Source: an uncultured Clostridia bacterium (GTDB taxonomy: Bacteria; Bacillota; Clostridia; Christensenellales; UBA1242). Taken from it: a stretch of DNA of 64,000 bases. Under the pieces are notes generated by a model. It had not been told where the DNA came from and ran no database searches. It was given only the letters and a program-made list of their open reading frames with translations. This document shows positions 27,873 to 36,587 of this stretch, one piece after another. Location of the stretch: positions 1,190-65,189 of the forward strand of contig CAKVMD010000004.1 of the NCBI GenBank assembly GCA_934771475.1, given 5' to 3'. Position numbers and translations under genes: made by a program. Numbering within the stretch: the stretch's first letter is position 1; every line of letters starts with the position of its first letter.

Positions 27873-28838
27873 CTATTCTCTTTCGTCCGCTTCGCTGTAA
27901 TCGACAAAACCGTCTGTTTCCTCAGCATCGGTGCTTACAGTAAAAGCCTCATCAAGAGCACTATTTTGTCTTAAATATTCTATCAAGAAATTTTTGAACT
28001 CGCGCCCTTCTATGGATTGCCCACCTTCATATTTGGCCCAGTATTTTACATATCTGTTAATTTTTTCACCGTTTTCAACAAGCATTTTTGCAAATTTGAA
28101 CTTGCGTTCCATAATCGCGTACCAAAGTTCTGCATCATCACGCACCTTTGCTCCGCGGTCTAAAAGTTTTTGGCCTAAGACTGCATCATCGTTTTTCAGT
28201 GCGTAACCTAAAAGTGTTCGCCCATTTGCTGTTTGATAGTTTACATCTGCCTCGGCATTTAAAAGAGCATCATAGTACTTTTCACGCTTTCTAGTGATTT
28301 CAATATAAAGAATTTTAGACAAAAGTTTAGGATTAATTTGCATTAAGTCATAACCTTTATCAATTAAAAGTTCGATGCCGGGCATATTCCCGTGCCTAAA
28401 ACAAAATTCAATCATAGGCTCGTTATAAACTTTAAAATTAAGGTTTCTAACATTTTTGATTTTTTCTCTTGCCTCGTCAATGTCGAAAGGGGAGATTAAC
28501 GCGAGGTAAAGTTCAAGCTCAGGTTTCCTTACTGTGTTTGGAATTTGTGAGTGCATAATTAGCGCCTTTTCTTTCTCAGGAGAGATTTCGCCCACATCCC
28601 TATCATCAGAGTTTCTAAAAAGATAAAACCTATCTTTTGCTGAGTAATCAGATTCTCTTCCTTGCGCCAAGGCAAGTTTGCTTTTTTCAATAAGCGCCGA
28701 GAGTTCTTCTACGCTCTCTTCTTCGGTGCCAAGTTCACCCAATTCTCTTGCACGCTCTTTTGCCTCAATTTCGTCAAGAAGTTGCCTTACATATTGCATT
28801 TTAGATTCATAAAGTTCCTCATCAAATTCTGTTTTCAT
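27873..28838 (-). CDS. ankyrin-repeat-containing protein
   Basis: ADVNYQTANGRTLLGYALKNDDAVLGQKLLDRGAKV is an ANK-type repeat. AAAGGAG precedes the ATG at 28838. Confidence 0.6.
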   Translation of the reverse strand: MKTEFDEELYESKMQYVRQLLDEIEAKERARELGELGTEEESVEELSALIEKSKLALAQGRESDYSAKDRFYLFRNSDDRDVGEISPEKEKALIMHSQIPNTVRKPELELYLALISPFDIDEAREKIKNVRNLNFKVYNEPMIEFCFRHGNMPGIELLIDKGYDLMQINPKLLSKILYIEITRKREKYYDALLNAEADVNYQTANGRTLLGYALKNDDAVLGQKLLDRGAKVRDDAELWYAIMERKFKFAKMLVENGEKINRYVKYWAKYEGGQSIEGREFKNFLIEYLRQNSALDEAFTVSTDAEETDGFVDYSEADERE

Positions 28839-28920
28839 ATTGACTCCTTTATGAGTGTATTTTATCATATTTACTAGATGGTGTCAACCATAAAAATTTA
28901 CCTTTTTTACGCATTTTAAT

Positions 28921-29208
28921 TTACGCATTTTGAAGCTCAAGACAAAGTTTTTTAACGCGGTCCTTTCTTTTTAAAAACATATCAGGGAAAAAGATATTGT
29001 CAGGATTTAAAGAAAGAGTGTTTTCATTTTTATTTTCTATTGATGTAACACAAACGGGGATATTTTCTTTTACAGCCTCCTCAACTATTTTTTTATTTAG
29101 TTTGTTCTCATCGCCCGACCTAACAATTATAAACATATTTTCTAGGCGTATAAAAGCGTTTTTTACTGCCTTTCCAGTTAAATTTAAATATTGTTTTAAA
29201 GATTTCAT
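28921..29208 (-). CDS. small hypothetical protein (95 aa)
   Basis: AGGAGG lies 7 nt before the ATG. No family recognised. Confidence 0.55.
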   Translation of the reverse strand: MKSLKQYLNLTGKAVKNAFIRLENMFIIVRSGDENKLNKKIVEEAVKENIPVCVTSIENKNENTLSLNPDNIFFPDMFLKRKDRVKKLCLELQNA

Positions 29209-29363
29209 AATTTATGCCTCCTTGCATGTCTTCATGATATACAATTTTTATCCAAAATTGAAGAGAATATCACAAAAACTTTTCTCTACCTTAAAGACAT
29301 GAAAAGAGAAATAAAAAACGACAATTCTACCACAGCGGGAGAACAAAAATCACGCGAAAATGT

Positions 29364-29392
29364 TTGACAAATCTTATTAAAACTTGTAAAAT
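29364..29392 (+). promoter_or_regulatory. sigma-A-type promoter TTGACA-17-TAAAAT
   Basis: -35 at 29364-29369 and -10 at 29387-29392. The predicted TSS coincides with the ATG at 29400. Confidence 0.6.
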
Positions 29393-29399
29393 GCAAAGT

Positions 29400-29996
29400 A
29401 TGGAAAATATAAAAGAGATAATTGCAAAGAATTTAGTTGCTTTAAGAAAGTTTCATCATATAACTCAGGCAGAACTTGCTGAAAAACTCAATTTTTCTGA
29501 TAAAGCGGTTTCGCGGTGGGAGAAAGGGGAGGTTGTCCCTGATGTTGAAACATTGAATAATATAAGTGAAGTATATGGTATCCCATTTGAAAAACTTTTT
29601 GATAAAGATTTGGTGCTTGACCAAACGAAGACGGAGCCCGAAAAGAAATCTTGGAAAAGAAATAAATTTATTATCTCTTTTCTTGCGGAAATGCTTGTTT
29701 GCTTTTTAGCGGTTGTAGGGTATGTTACTGTGAGACTTGCATTCAATGTAAGTTGCTGGCAAATCTTCATTTGGGCTGTTGTTGCAATGTCGATTGTGGC
29801 TCTCGTGTTCTCATGGGTTTGGAATAAAAGGGTTATAAAGTTTTTATCAATGAGTTTGCTAGTTTGGAGTTTAATCCTTGCCTTTTATCTCCAATTTATT
29901 GATAAAAATTGGTGGCTTCTATTCATTTTAGGTATTCCTCTTCAAATTGCAATTTTGCTTTGGGCATGCTTTAAGAAAAACAAAAAACAAGGCTAA
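29400..29996 (+). CDS. membrane-anchored XRE-family HTH regulator
   Basis: HTH motif ITQAELAEKLNFSDKAVSRWEKG followed by 4 TM helices. The track start at 29364 is the -35 hexamer itself. Confidence 0.75.
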   Translation: MENIKEIIAKNLVALRKFHHITQAELAEKLNFSDKAVSRWEKGEVVPDVETLNNISEVYGIPFEKLFDKDLVLDQTKTEPEKKSWKRNKFIISFLAEMLVCFLAVVGYVTVRLAFNVSCWQIFIWAVVAMSIVALVFSWVWNKRVIKFLSMSLLVWSLILAFYLQFIDKNWWLLFILGIPLQIAILLWACFKKNKKQG

Positions 29997-30008
29997 GATA
30001 TTATTTAT

Positions 30009-30566
30009 TTAAGACCTTGTTTTGTCAATAAAGGCGAAGTTTTCATTTTTAATTTTTACGAAAAATGATTTGTTTAAATCTAATTTCCCCCGATAAAATA
30101 TTTTGGTTTTGATTGTCTGGATTTCGTCCTTGCATTCAATGTCATAAAAACTGTAACCTAATAGATTTAAAAGTGGATTAATATAGTAAAGAGAATTTTT
30201 TATATACACAATTCCAATGAAAATCGTTATGACAATAAATAGAATAAAGTCGCTTATAAAAGCAATGTCAAGTTGAAGTGCAAACAAAACAAATAAAGAA
30301 AAATATCCTAGAAAGTGCTGGTCTGTAATATTTTTTGCAGATAAAATAAGCACTTTTTTTGATGGAGCAACATTTTTCTTTATGCTAAGCCATAAGCCAA
30401 GTCCTCCAAGTATAATGAGAAGGAGAAGTAGTGCAATGCCAAGCCCGTTTAGTATGTTGAAGGAAAGATTGTGATTTATCAAATCTAAAATTTGCCGAAG
30501 AAGTATCAACAGGTACATTGGAAGGAATGCAGAAAGATATAAAAAGACATTTTTTAAGGTTTCCAT
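30009..30566 (-). CDS. 4-TM membrane protein with small soluble C-terminal domain
   Basis: The hydrophobicity pattern only. No family recognised. Confidence 0.55.
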   Translation of the reverse strand: METLKNVFLYLSAFLPMYLLILLRQILDLINHNLSFNILNGLGIALLLLLIILGGLGLWLSIKKNVAPSKKVLILSAKNITDQHFLGYFSLFVLFALQLDIAFISDFILFIVITIFIGIVYIKNSLYYINPLLNLLGYSFYDIECKDEIQTIKTKIFYRGKLDLNKSFFVKIKNENFAFIDKTRS

Positions 30567-30642
30567 GATAATATTTTGTCTTTTTTTAATAAAATTATAA
30601 AATTTATTTTGTTTTATTGAACTTTTAGGTTAAAATAGAACT

Positions 30643-31305
30643 ATGATTATTGCATGTTTAGTATGTTTTGGTGTCCTCATATTAGGTCTTGGGGTGCTAT
30701 ATGGATTATTTGGTGAAAAAAGTAACACAAAAGGGGTTATTCTTTGTGGCTCGCTTATGTTAAGCATAATTGCATTTTGCCTCACGCTTCTTAACCTTAC
30801 CTCGTTTTCTAGTGCAGTTGCAATTTTCTTCCCACTCGCGCTTGCAAGTGTCGCAATAAGCGAAATTATCACTTATTTACAATTAGAAGAAAGGCCAAAG
30901 AAGTTGTTGCAGAGTTTGTTCTTTGATATCGCGCTTGCTCTGTTCACGGTGGGAATAGTAGTTCTTGGAGAATTTAATTTCTTTGGGCTCTTGTGTGGAG
31001 AACTTGCTGGACTTTGTATTGGACTTCTTTTCTGGGCTATTCAAAAAACGCGCGACAAACTTGAAATCACTTCTTCAATCGTTGGATATTTGCTTGTGGG
31101 AATGATGCTAGGTGGAGGCGTATGGAATGTGATTTGCAATGCTCACCTTACAACAGCGATTATAACTTTAATCGCAAGCGTAATGCTTCTCGCGTCAATG
31201 ATTCTTAAAACATTTGGAGATAAAAATAAAAGTATTTGCCTTGCAAGGAGAATTGTATTAACAGTTGCTCTTGCCTCTCTCACATTTGGAGTTTATTTCT
31301 TTTAA
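30643..31305 (+). CDS. polytopic membrane protein
   Basis: About 7 hydrophobic helices. The family is uncertain (possibly YhhN-like). Confidence 0.5.
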   Translation: MIIACLVCFGVLILGLGVLYGLFGEKSNTKGVILCGSLMLSIIAFCLTLLNLTSFSSAVAIFFPLALASVAISEIITYLQLEERPKKLLQSLFFDIALALFTVGIVVLGEFNFFGLLCGELAGLCIGLLFWAIQKTRDKLEITSSIVGYLLVGMMLGGGVWNVICNAHLTTAIITLIASVMLLASMILKTFGDKNKSICLARRIVLTVALASLTFGVYFF

Positions 31306-31473
31306 CAAAAAAGCCAAACAAAAGTTTGGCTTTTGTTTTGCAAATCTTATCAGGCCTTTGTGCGAGTATCTAGGCAAATAGAAAAATATAAAGATTTTAA
31401 AATAATTAGAAAGCGCAAAGAAAGGGCTTTAAAAATGATTTTACAATAAAAAACAATTTTTTTGCAAAAAGTA

Positions 31474-31502
31474 TTGACTTATTTTAAAAATAAGCATATA
31501 AT
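31474..31502 (+). promoter_or_regulatory. promoter TTGACT-17-TATAAT for tRNA-fMet
   Basis: -35 at 31474-31479 and -10 at 31497-31502, 12 nt before the tRNA. Confidence 0.7.
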
Positions 31503-31514
31503 ATATATGTATGA

Positions 31515-31591
31515 CGCGGGATAGAGCAGCTCGGAAGCTCGTCGGGCTCATAACCCGAAGGTCGTTGGTTCAAATCCAACTCCCGCAACCA
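31515..31591 (+). tRNA. initiator tRNA-fMet (anticodon CAT)
   Basis: C1:A72 mismatch and three G:C pairs in the anticodon stem (TCGGG/CCCGA). Near-identical in layout to E. coli tRNA-fMet. CCA is encoded. Confidence 0.95.
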
Positions 31592-31704
31592 TATAAAGAA
31601 AAGGGTGCAAATAAATGCACTTTTTTTATTCATTAAAATAAATCTACTATTTATATTCTTTTAAATTTGTTGCATTTTTTAATTTATAGTAGTATTATTA
31701 TCAT

Positions 31705-31772
31705 AACAGATGTGAATGTTATAGATATTAGTTCTATGTTTAGGCATTAGCCTTGTACACATCTGTTTTTTA
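31705..31772 (+). ncRNA. candidate small RNA 1
   Basis: Promoter TTGCAT(31670)-17-TATTAT(31693). 10-bp stem aacagatgtg/cacatctgtt (31705-31714/31758-31767) followed by a T-run. Confidence 0.35.
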
Positions 31773-31856
31773 CCCCAATTTTTTATTTTTTCTTTTTATA
31801 ATTTACTTTTTTAAATTTTAATTGACTTTATTATTTTATTTGCATATACTATCAAT

Positions 31857-31946
31857 GAAACGCACCTAGTGGTAACATGTAGGTTGCAATGGCACTGTTT
31901 TGGCCAATTAAGAGATAAGTTTTTAAAACTTATCTCTTTTTCTTTG
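31857..31946 (+). ncRNA. candidate small RNA 2
   Basis: Promoter TTGACT(31822)-17-TATACT(31845). Terminator aagagataagtttt/aaaacttatctctt (31910-31938) plus a T-rich tail. Confidence 0.4.
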
Positions 31947-31998
31947 TTCTGGAATGTTTTTTAGGAAAGGGTTTGGCGAACAAGGATATGTCTTCTAT

Positions 31999-32027
31999 TT
32001 GACATTGTGTTTAAATTCCTTTATAAT
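31999..32027 (+). promoter_or_regulatory. consensus promoter TTGACA-17-TATAAT
   Basis: Exact hexamers with a 17-nt spacer, 15 nt upstream of the ATG at 32043 and its GAGAGG RBS. Confidence 0.7.
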
Positions 32028-32042
32028 TAGTGAGAGGTAAAA

Positions 32043-32340
32043 ATGAAGACACAAGAACTTGAAGAGCGTTTTGACTATGTTTTAAAACAACATATTGAAA
32101 GAATTATTGTAAGTAATGCAAGCAATCGGAACGGCTTATATAGAAAAATTGATATATTGAATAAGGTTGACCATTTTATGGTTACCAAATACACCGAAAA
32201 ATTTGATAATTAGAGCAAAACGCGCTTCTATACCTGCAAAAGTAAGGACGCAACAAATTGATGAGATAAATGAATTATTGAGTGTCTTTCCTTGCAAGCA
32301 AACGCTTTTTGAACTGCTTAAAGAAAATAACTTAATTTAG
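32043..32340 (+). pseudogene. small gene split by a +1 frame change at an A5 run (56-codon ORF plus a 45-codon continuation)
   Basis: Frame 0 runs 32043-32213 (MKTQELEERF...TEKFDN*). The +1 frame is open from 32161 to 32340 (...LIIRAKRASIPAKVRTQQIDEINELL...). The two frames overlap at aaaaa, 32197-32201. Confidence 0.35.
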
Positions 32341-32492
32341 TTTGTATTTTCAACAAAGTAAGATAATAAATGTAAAAAGAGGGAAAAACAAGATTGGAGC
32401 ACGCATTTTTGATATGATGTGCGCAAAAAAAGAGGTCTTTTAAACCTCTTTTTTTATTTACATTTTTATATTTTGGTAAATTGATAAAATTT

Positions 32493-34313
32493 TTATGCGT
32501 TCAAGTTTTCAGCAAAGAACATATTTTTGAATTTTGCATTGTTTTCAAAAAGTTCATCAAATGTGCCACTATCTACAATTTTACCTTCATCTAGGAAGAA
32601 AATTTTATCAACATTTTTGATCGTTGAAAGTCGGTGAGCAACAATTACTATTGTGCTAGAACCTTTTAAGTTATCTATGCTGTGCTTAACTTCTTCTTGT
32701 GCGAAGTTATCAAGTGATGAAGTGCTTTCATCAAACAATATAATTGGACTTTTTCGAAGAAGTGCCCTTGCTATGGCAAGTCTTTGGCGCTGACCCCCTG
32801 AAAGTTTAATCCCACTTTCACCCACCTTAGTTTCCAATCTGTCGGGGAGTGATTCCACAAAATCATGAAGTGATGCGTCATTTATTGCTTTTTCAAGTTC
32901 TTCATCAGTGGCATCATTTTTCGCAAGAAGCAAATTTTCTCGGATAGTCATGTCAAAGATATAAGGGAACTGGTTTACAAGTGAAATGGCATGCCTTAAT
33001 GAAGGCTTATCAAAATCGTTTATATTTATTCCGTCAATCAAAACTTCGCCATTTTCTACTTCATACATTTTACTCATAAGATTTAAGATTGTGCTTTTCC
33101 CGCTACCGCTTCTCCCTACAAACGCCACTGTGGTATTTTTCGGAATTTTAAACGAAAGATTTCTAAAAATAGGATTTGTAGACTTTACTACCTTTTCTTT
33201 TTTCTTTTCTTCCTTATGGCGACCCAACTTGCCTTTTGATATGTCATTTTCTTCATTCTCTTCTTCATATTCTATGTAAGTGAAGTCTACTTTTTTAAAC
33301 TCTATTTCACCTTCAACATCTTCCACTTTGACATTACCGAACTTTTCACTTTGGAATTTGCTTTCGTCAAAAAGTGAAAACATTCGTTTGCAACTAACTT
33401 TAATGTCGGTTATTACATCGCTTATGTTTCCTAGCGAGAAAACTAAGTTCCAAGCGTAGTCGCGGTTAGAGTAAATTATCATTAGCGTAGAAATAGAGAT
33501 AATGTCGCGCTGTTTTAGATAAATTCCAAACAATAACAGGCAAGTGCAAAGAATATCAATGAAGAAGTTTCGGGTGCTCCAAAAACTCATATTAATGAAT
33601 TTTGTTTTTCTTTGATAACTTTGATAGTCGCTATATTTATTTTTTGATGCAACTGCCAGCCTGGCATCAAGCCCGAGAGATTTGATGTCGCGCTCGCTTT
33701 TTACAATCTCTGTTGTGATAGCATTAACATCATCACTTTTTTTGTTTAAAATAAATTTGCGTTTTTTATAGATAGAAACTCTTTTGATCTCAATTCCTAC
33801 GCCTATTACAACAATTCCAACCAGCATTAAAGCAAGATAAATGTTTAGACAAGACATATACACAACAAAGACAACATCTTGTACAATTTCTATAAAAGTA
33901 TCAAGAATATTGTACAAATTTTCGATAGCTCTTTCAGGGTCGTAAACTAGACGCTGAACAAACTTACCAGTGTTGTTGTCGGCGTACGCTTGACTGCTGA
34001 TTTCAAATGCGCGCTTTGATAAGTCGTGGTTAATTGCAGTGGAAGTGCGTGCAGAAAATGCATAAAAGAGTTTGTTTGCGATAAACCATGAAATTCTTTT
34101 TCCGCAACTTAAACCGATTACAATGAGACAGGTGATAATAGCCTTATGCCAAAGTTTGTCTGTAAGTTGTACAATAATTTCCGCAGCAAAAATGGTGGAA
34201 ACTATAACAAATGCAGACGCCAAAATATTAAAAAAAACATAAAGCGTCAATGTCTTTTTTTCTTTCGATAGGTAGTAACCAAGACCTATCTTTTTTTCTT
34301 TATTTTTTGTCAT
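32493..34313 (-). CDS. ABC exporter, fused permease/ATPase (type I exporter fold)
   Basis: 6 TM helices plus an NBD with GRSGSGKST, LSGGQRQR and ILFDE. No C39 peptidase domain. Confidence 0.85.
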   Translation of the reverse strand: MTKNKEKKIGLGYYLSKEKKTLTLYVFFNILASAFVIVSTIFAAEIIVQLTDKLWHKAIITCLIVIGLSCGKRISWFIANKLFYAFSARTSTAINHDLSKRAFEISSQAYADNNTGKFVQRLVYDPERAIENLYNILDTFIEIVQDVVFVVYMSCLNIYLALMLVGIVVIGVGIEIKRVSIYKKRKFILNKKSDDVNAITTEIVKSERDIKSLGLDARLAVASKNKYSDYQSYQRKTKFINMSFWSTRNFFIDILCTCLLLFGIYLKQRDIISISTLMIIYSNRDYAWNLVFSLGNISDVITDIKVSCKRMFSLFDESKFQSEKFGNVKVEDVEGEIEFKKVDFTYIEYEEENEENDISKGKLGRHKEEKKKEKVVKSTNPIFRNLSFKIPKNTTVAFVGRSGSGKSTILNLMSKMYEVENGEVLIDGININDFDKPSLRHAISLVNQFPYIFDMTIRENLLLAKNDATDEELEKAINDASLHDFVESLPDRLETKVGESGIKLSGGQRQRLAIARALLRKSPIILFDESTSSLDNFAQEEVKHSIDNLKGSSTIVIVAHRLSTIKNVDKIFFLDEGKIVDSGTFDELFENNAKFKNMFFAENLNA

Positions 34314-34401
34314 TAAATTCTCCTTGTGTTTAAGGAAGGTCTAATGCTTAATATTTATTTAATGATTTTAAAAATTATAAACTAACTTAAAAATATATAA
34401 A

Positions 34402-34473
34402 TTAAAAAGCAAAATGAGAACCTTCTCTCAAACTTTTATTTAATTTTTTATTGTGAAATTTTATTTTGCTCAT
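34402..34473 (-). CDS. 23-codon cationic small ORF upstream of the ABC exporter
   Basis: MSKIKFHNKKLNKSLREGSHFAF. GGAG lies 10 nt upstream. Promoter TTGACA(34554-34549)-17-CATAAT(34531-34526) on the minus strand. Confidence 0.3.
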   Translation of the reverse strand: MSKIKFHNKKLNKSLREGSHFAF

Positions 34474-34670
34474 TTCGAGTGTTCTCCTTTTGTTAAATTT
34501 TTTTTGTTATTTTATCGACATTTCTATTATGAAACTACTTTTCCAATTTGTCAACATTTTTTTGATTTTTTTCAAAATAAAAATATATTTTGATGGCAAA
34601 AGGGGGATTTATAAAAAACTTGTCCCACAGTTTGATTTAACTTTGCCTTGCCTGTAATGAGTGCTAGGAC

Positions 34671-34693
34671 AAAAAAAGAGGCAAGAAGCCTCT
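34671..34693 (-). terminator. sigH terminator
   Basis: The minus strand reads agaggc-ttctt-gcctct followed by T7. Confidence 0.75.
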
Positions 34694-34715
34694 ATACATT
34701 TAATTTAAATTTATT

Positions 34716-35312
34716 TTAATTGTCATTATTTTTTAAAAATGAAAGTTTGGATTTTATTCTTGTAAGTGCATTATCTATACTTTTTTTGCTTAGTCCGCTT
34801 TTAGATGAAATTTCACTATAAGAATATCCTTTAAGATATAGTCCTAAATCTTCAATTTCCAGTTTTGTAAGCGTTTTTATAATTTTATTTTTAACTTCGT
34901 CAAGTGTTTCTTTTTCAATTACTTTATCATAAGGTGAAGGTTGTTGTGATGGAAGTAAGATTTCAAAATCGTCATCTTCATCATCTTCTTCCTTTTTATC
35001 TCCTGCGATTGATAGGGCAGTGGATAAAATCTTGTTTTTTTCACTTAAATCAACCCTAACTGCGCTTTGTAATTGGTGCTTTATACAAGTGGTCGCAAAG
35101 GTTCTGAATGAAGCGTTTTTGCCTTCTGTGAAATGTTTGATTGCTTTATATAAACCAATCATTCCTTCTTGGACAAGGTCTTCAACATCACCACCTGTTA
35201 AGAAATAACTTCTTGCGAGTTTGCTTGCAAGAGGTTTATATTTTGTGAGAAGTTCATTTAAAGCATTTTCATCGCCCTGCTGAGAAAGAGAGCAAAGTTT
35301 TTCATCAGTCAT
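34716..35312 (-). CDS. sigH: sigma-70-family sigma factor, SigH-like
   Basis: Region 2 (DVEDLVQEGMIGLYKAIKHF) and a region 4 HTH. It lies directly downstream of mrnC-rlmB, as in Bacillus. Confidence 0.75.
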   Translation of the reverse strand: MTDEKLCSLSQQGDENALNELLTKYKPLASKLARSYFLTGGDVEDLVQEGMIGLYKAIKHFTEGKNASFRTFATTCIKHQLQSAVRVDLSEKNKILSTALSIAGDKKEEDDEDDDFEILLPSQQPSPYDKVIEKETLDEVKNKIIKTLTKLEIEDLGLYLKGYSYSEISSKSGLSKKSIDNALTRIKSKLSFLKNNDN

Positions 35313-35321
35313 AAATTTCTC

Positions 35322-36044
35322 CTAGTTTTCTCGTTGTCTTAAAATTTCAAAAACCACAATCCCGCAAGCAACAGACGCGTTGAGGGAATTTACTTTACCT
35401 TTTAAAGGCAGAGTGATAACTCCATCACACATATCTTGAATTGACTTTTTAGTTCCAAAGCCTTCCGAACCAATAACGACAGCGATTGGCAGATTAAGGT
35501 TTTTGCTGTAAATATTCTCTCCGCCAGTTTCCGCTGAGAACACCCAAACGCCACTATCCTTTAAAGATTTAATTGCATCTTTAAGATTTGTTACTTTTGC
35601 TATGAGCATATTTGTAATAGCGCCAGTGCTTGTCCTTAAAACGGTTTCATTGACTTGGCAAGCCCTATTTTTAGGAATTATAATTCCATGTACGCCCGCG
35701 CACTCGCATGAACGAATAATTGCTCCAAAATTGTGAGGGTCTTCGATTCCGTCAAGGAGCACTATAAAAGGCTTTTCGTTTTTCTCTACCGCTTTATTTA
35801 AGATGTCTTCAACACTTGAATAACTAAATTCAACAGCATCCGCAATATAGCCTTGGTGGTGGGCAGTTTTTGATTTTTTGTCAAGGACAACTTTTGGCAC
35901 AAATTCAAATTTAATTTTGTTTGCGCTTGCCAGAGCAATAATCTCATCCTTGCGTCCTTGTATATTTTTGTCAACCATAATTTTATTTATGGTGATTCCA
36001 TTTTCAATGGCTTCTCTAATAGCATTTTTGCCTTCAATAAACAT
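35322..36044 (-). CDS. rlmB: TrmH/SpoU-family 23S rRNA 2'-O-methyltransferase
   Basis: SpoU motifs (DPHNFGAIIRS, IGSEGFG, LNASVACGI) and conserved context after mrnC. Confidence 0.8.
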   Translation of the reverse strand: MFIEGKNAIREAIENGITINKIMVDKNIQGRKDEIIALASANKIKFEFVPKVVLDKKSKTAHHQGYIADAVEFSYSSVEDILNKAVEKNEKPFIVLLDGIEDPHNFGAIIRSCECAGVHGIIIPKNRACQVNETVLRTSTGAITNMLIAKVTNLKDAIKSLKDSGVWVFSAETGGENIYSKNLNLPIAVVIGSEGFGTKKSIQDMCDGVITLPLKGKVNSLNASVACGIVVFEILRQREN

Positions 36045-36064
36045 ATTTACCTCTTTTTAATTTG

Positions 36065-36463
36065 TCAATTTGAAATTGATGCTTGCAAAACTTCATTTAA
36101 TCTGTTTTCGTCGCCTTTTAAGTAAAGATAACCGATTAAAATTTCAAAAGCGGTTGCATAAGAATAATCTGCGCTGGTCGCATTCTTTGCAGAGTGCTTT
36201 GGCTTTGCATTTCTGCCACGCCTTACTATTTCTTGCTCGTCAAGAGGCAAGGAGGGCAAAATTTTTCTCAAAACGTCTGCTTGACAAGATGCTTTGCAAT
36301 ATTTGGATGCATTTGTGTGATAATTTTCCATTTTGTGGTCGTGTTTTTCAAGGACTTTTTCACGAACAAAAAGAGTGTGAACACTGTCGCCAATGAAAGC
36401 GAGTGGCAATAGATTTGTTTGCAAAATGCTATGAAGTAAATCTTTGTTTTGTTCTATTTTCAT
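36065..36463 (-). CDS. mrnC: mini-ribonuclease 3
   Basis: LAFIGDSV motif, 132 aa, and context with rlmB/sigH. Confidence 0.8.
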   Translation of the reverse strand: MKIEQNKDLLHSILQTNLLPLAFIGDSVHTLFVREKVLEKHDHKMENYHTNASKYCKASCQADVLRKILPSLPLDEQEIVRRGRNAKPKHSAKNATSADYSYATAFEILIGYLYLKGDENRLNEVLQASISN

Positions 36464-36587
36464 TTTTTCTCCTTTTGTTTTAGTTTCATTGCATGGAAAA
36501 GTCGCGAATAAATTTTAATTTAATTTGCTGATAAAATTATTATAAATAAGCGCTTCTTTCGCAAATTATAAAATAATTGGCGCCAGA

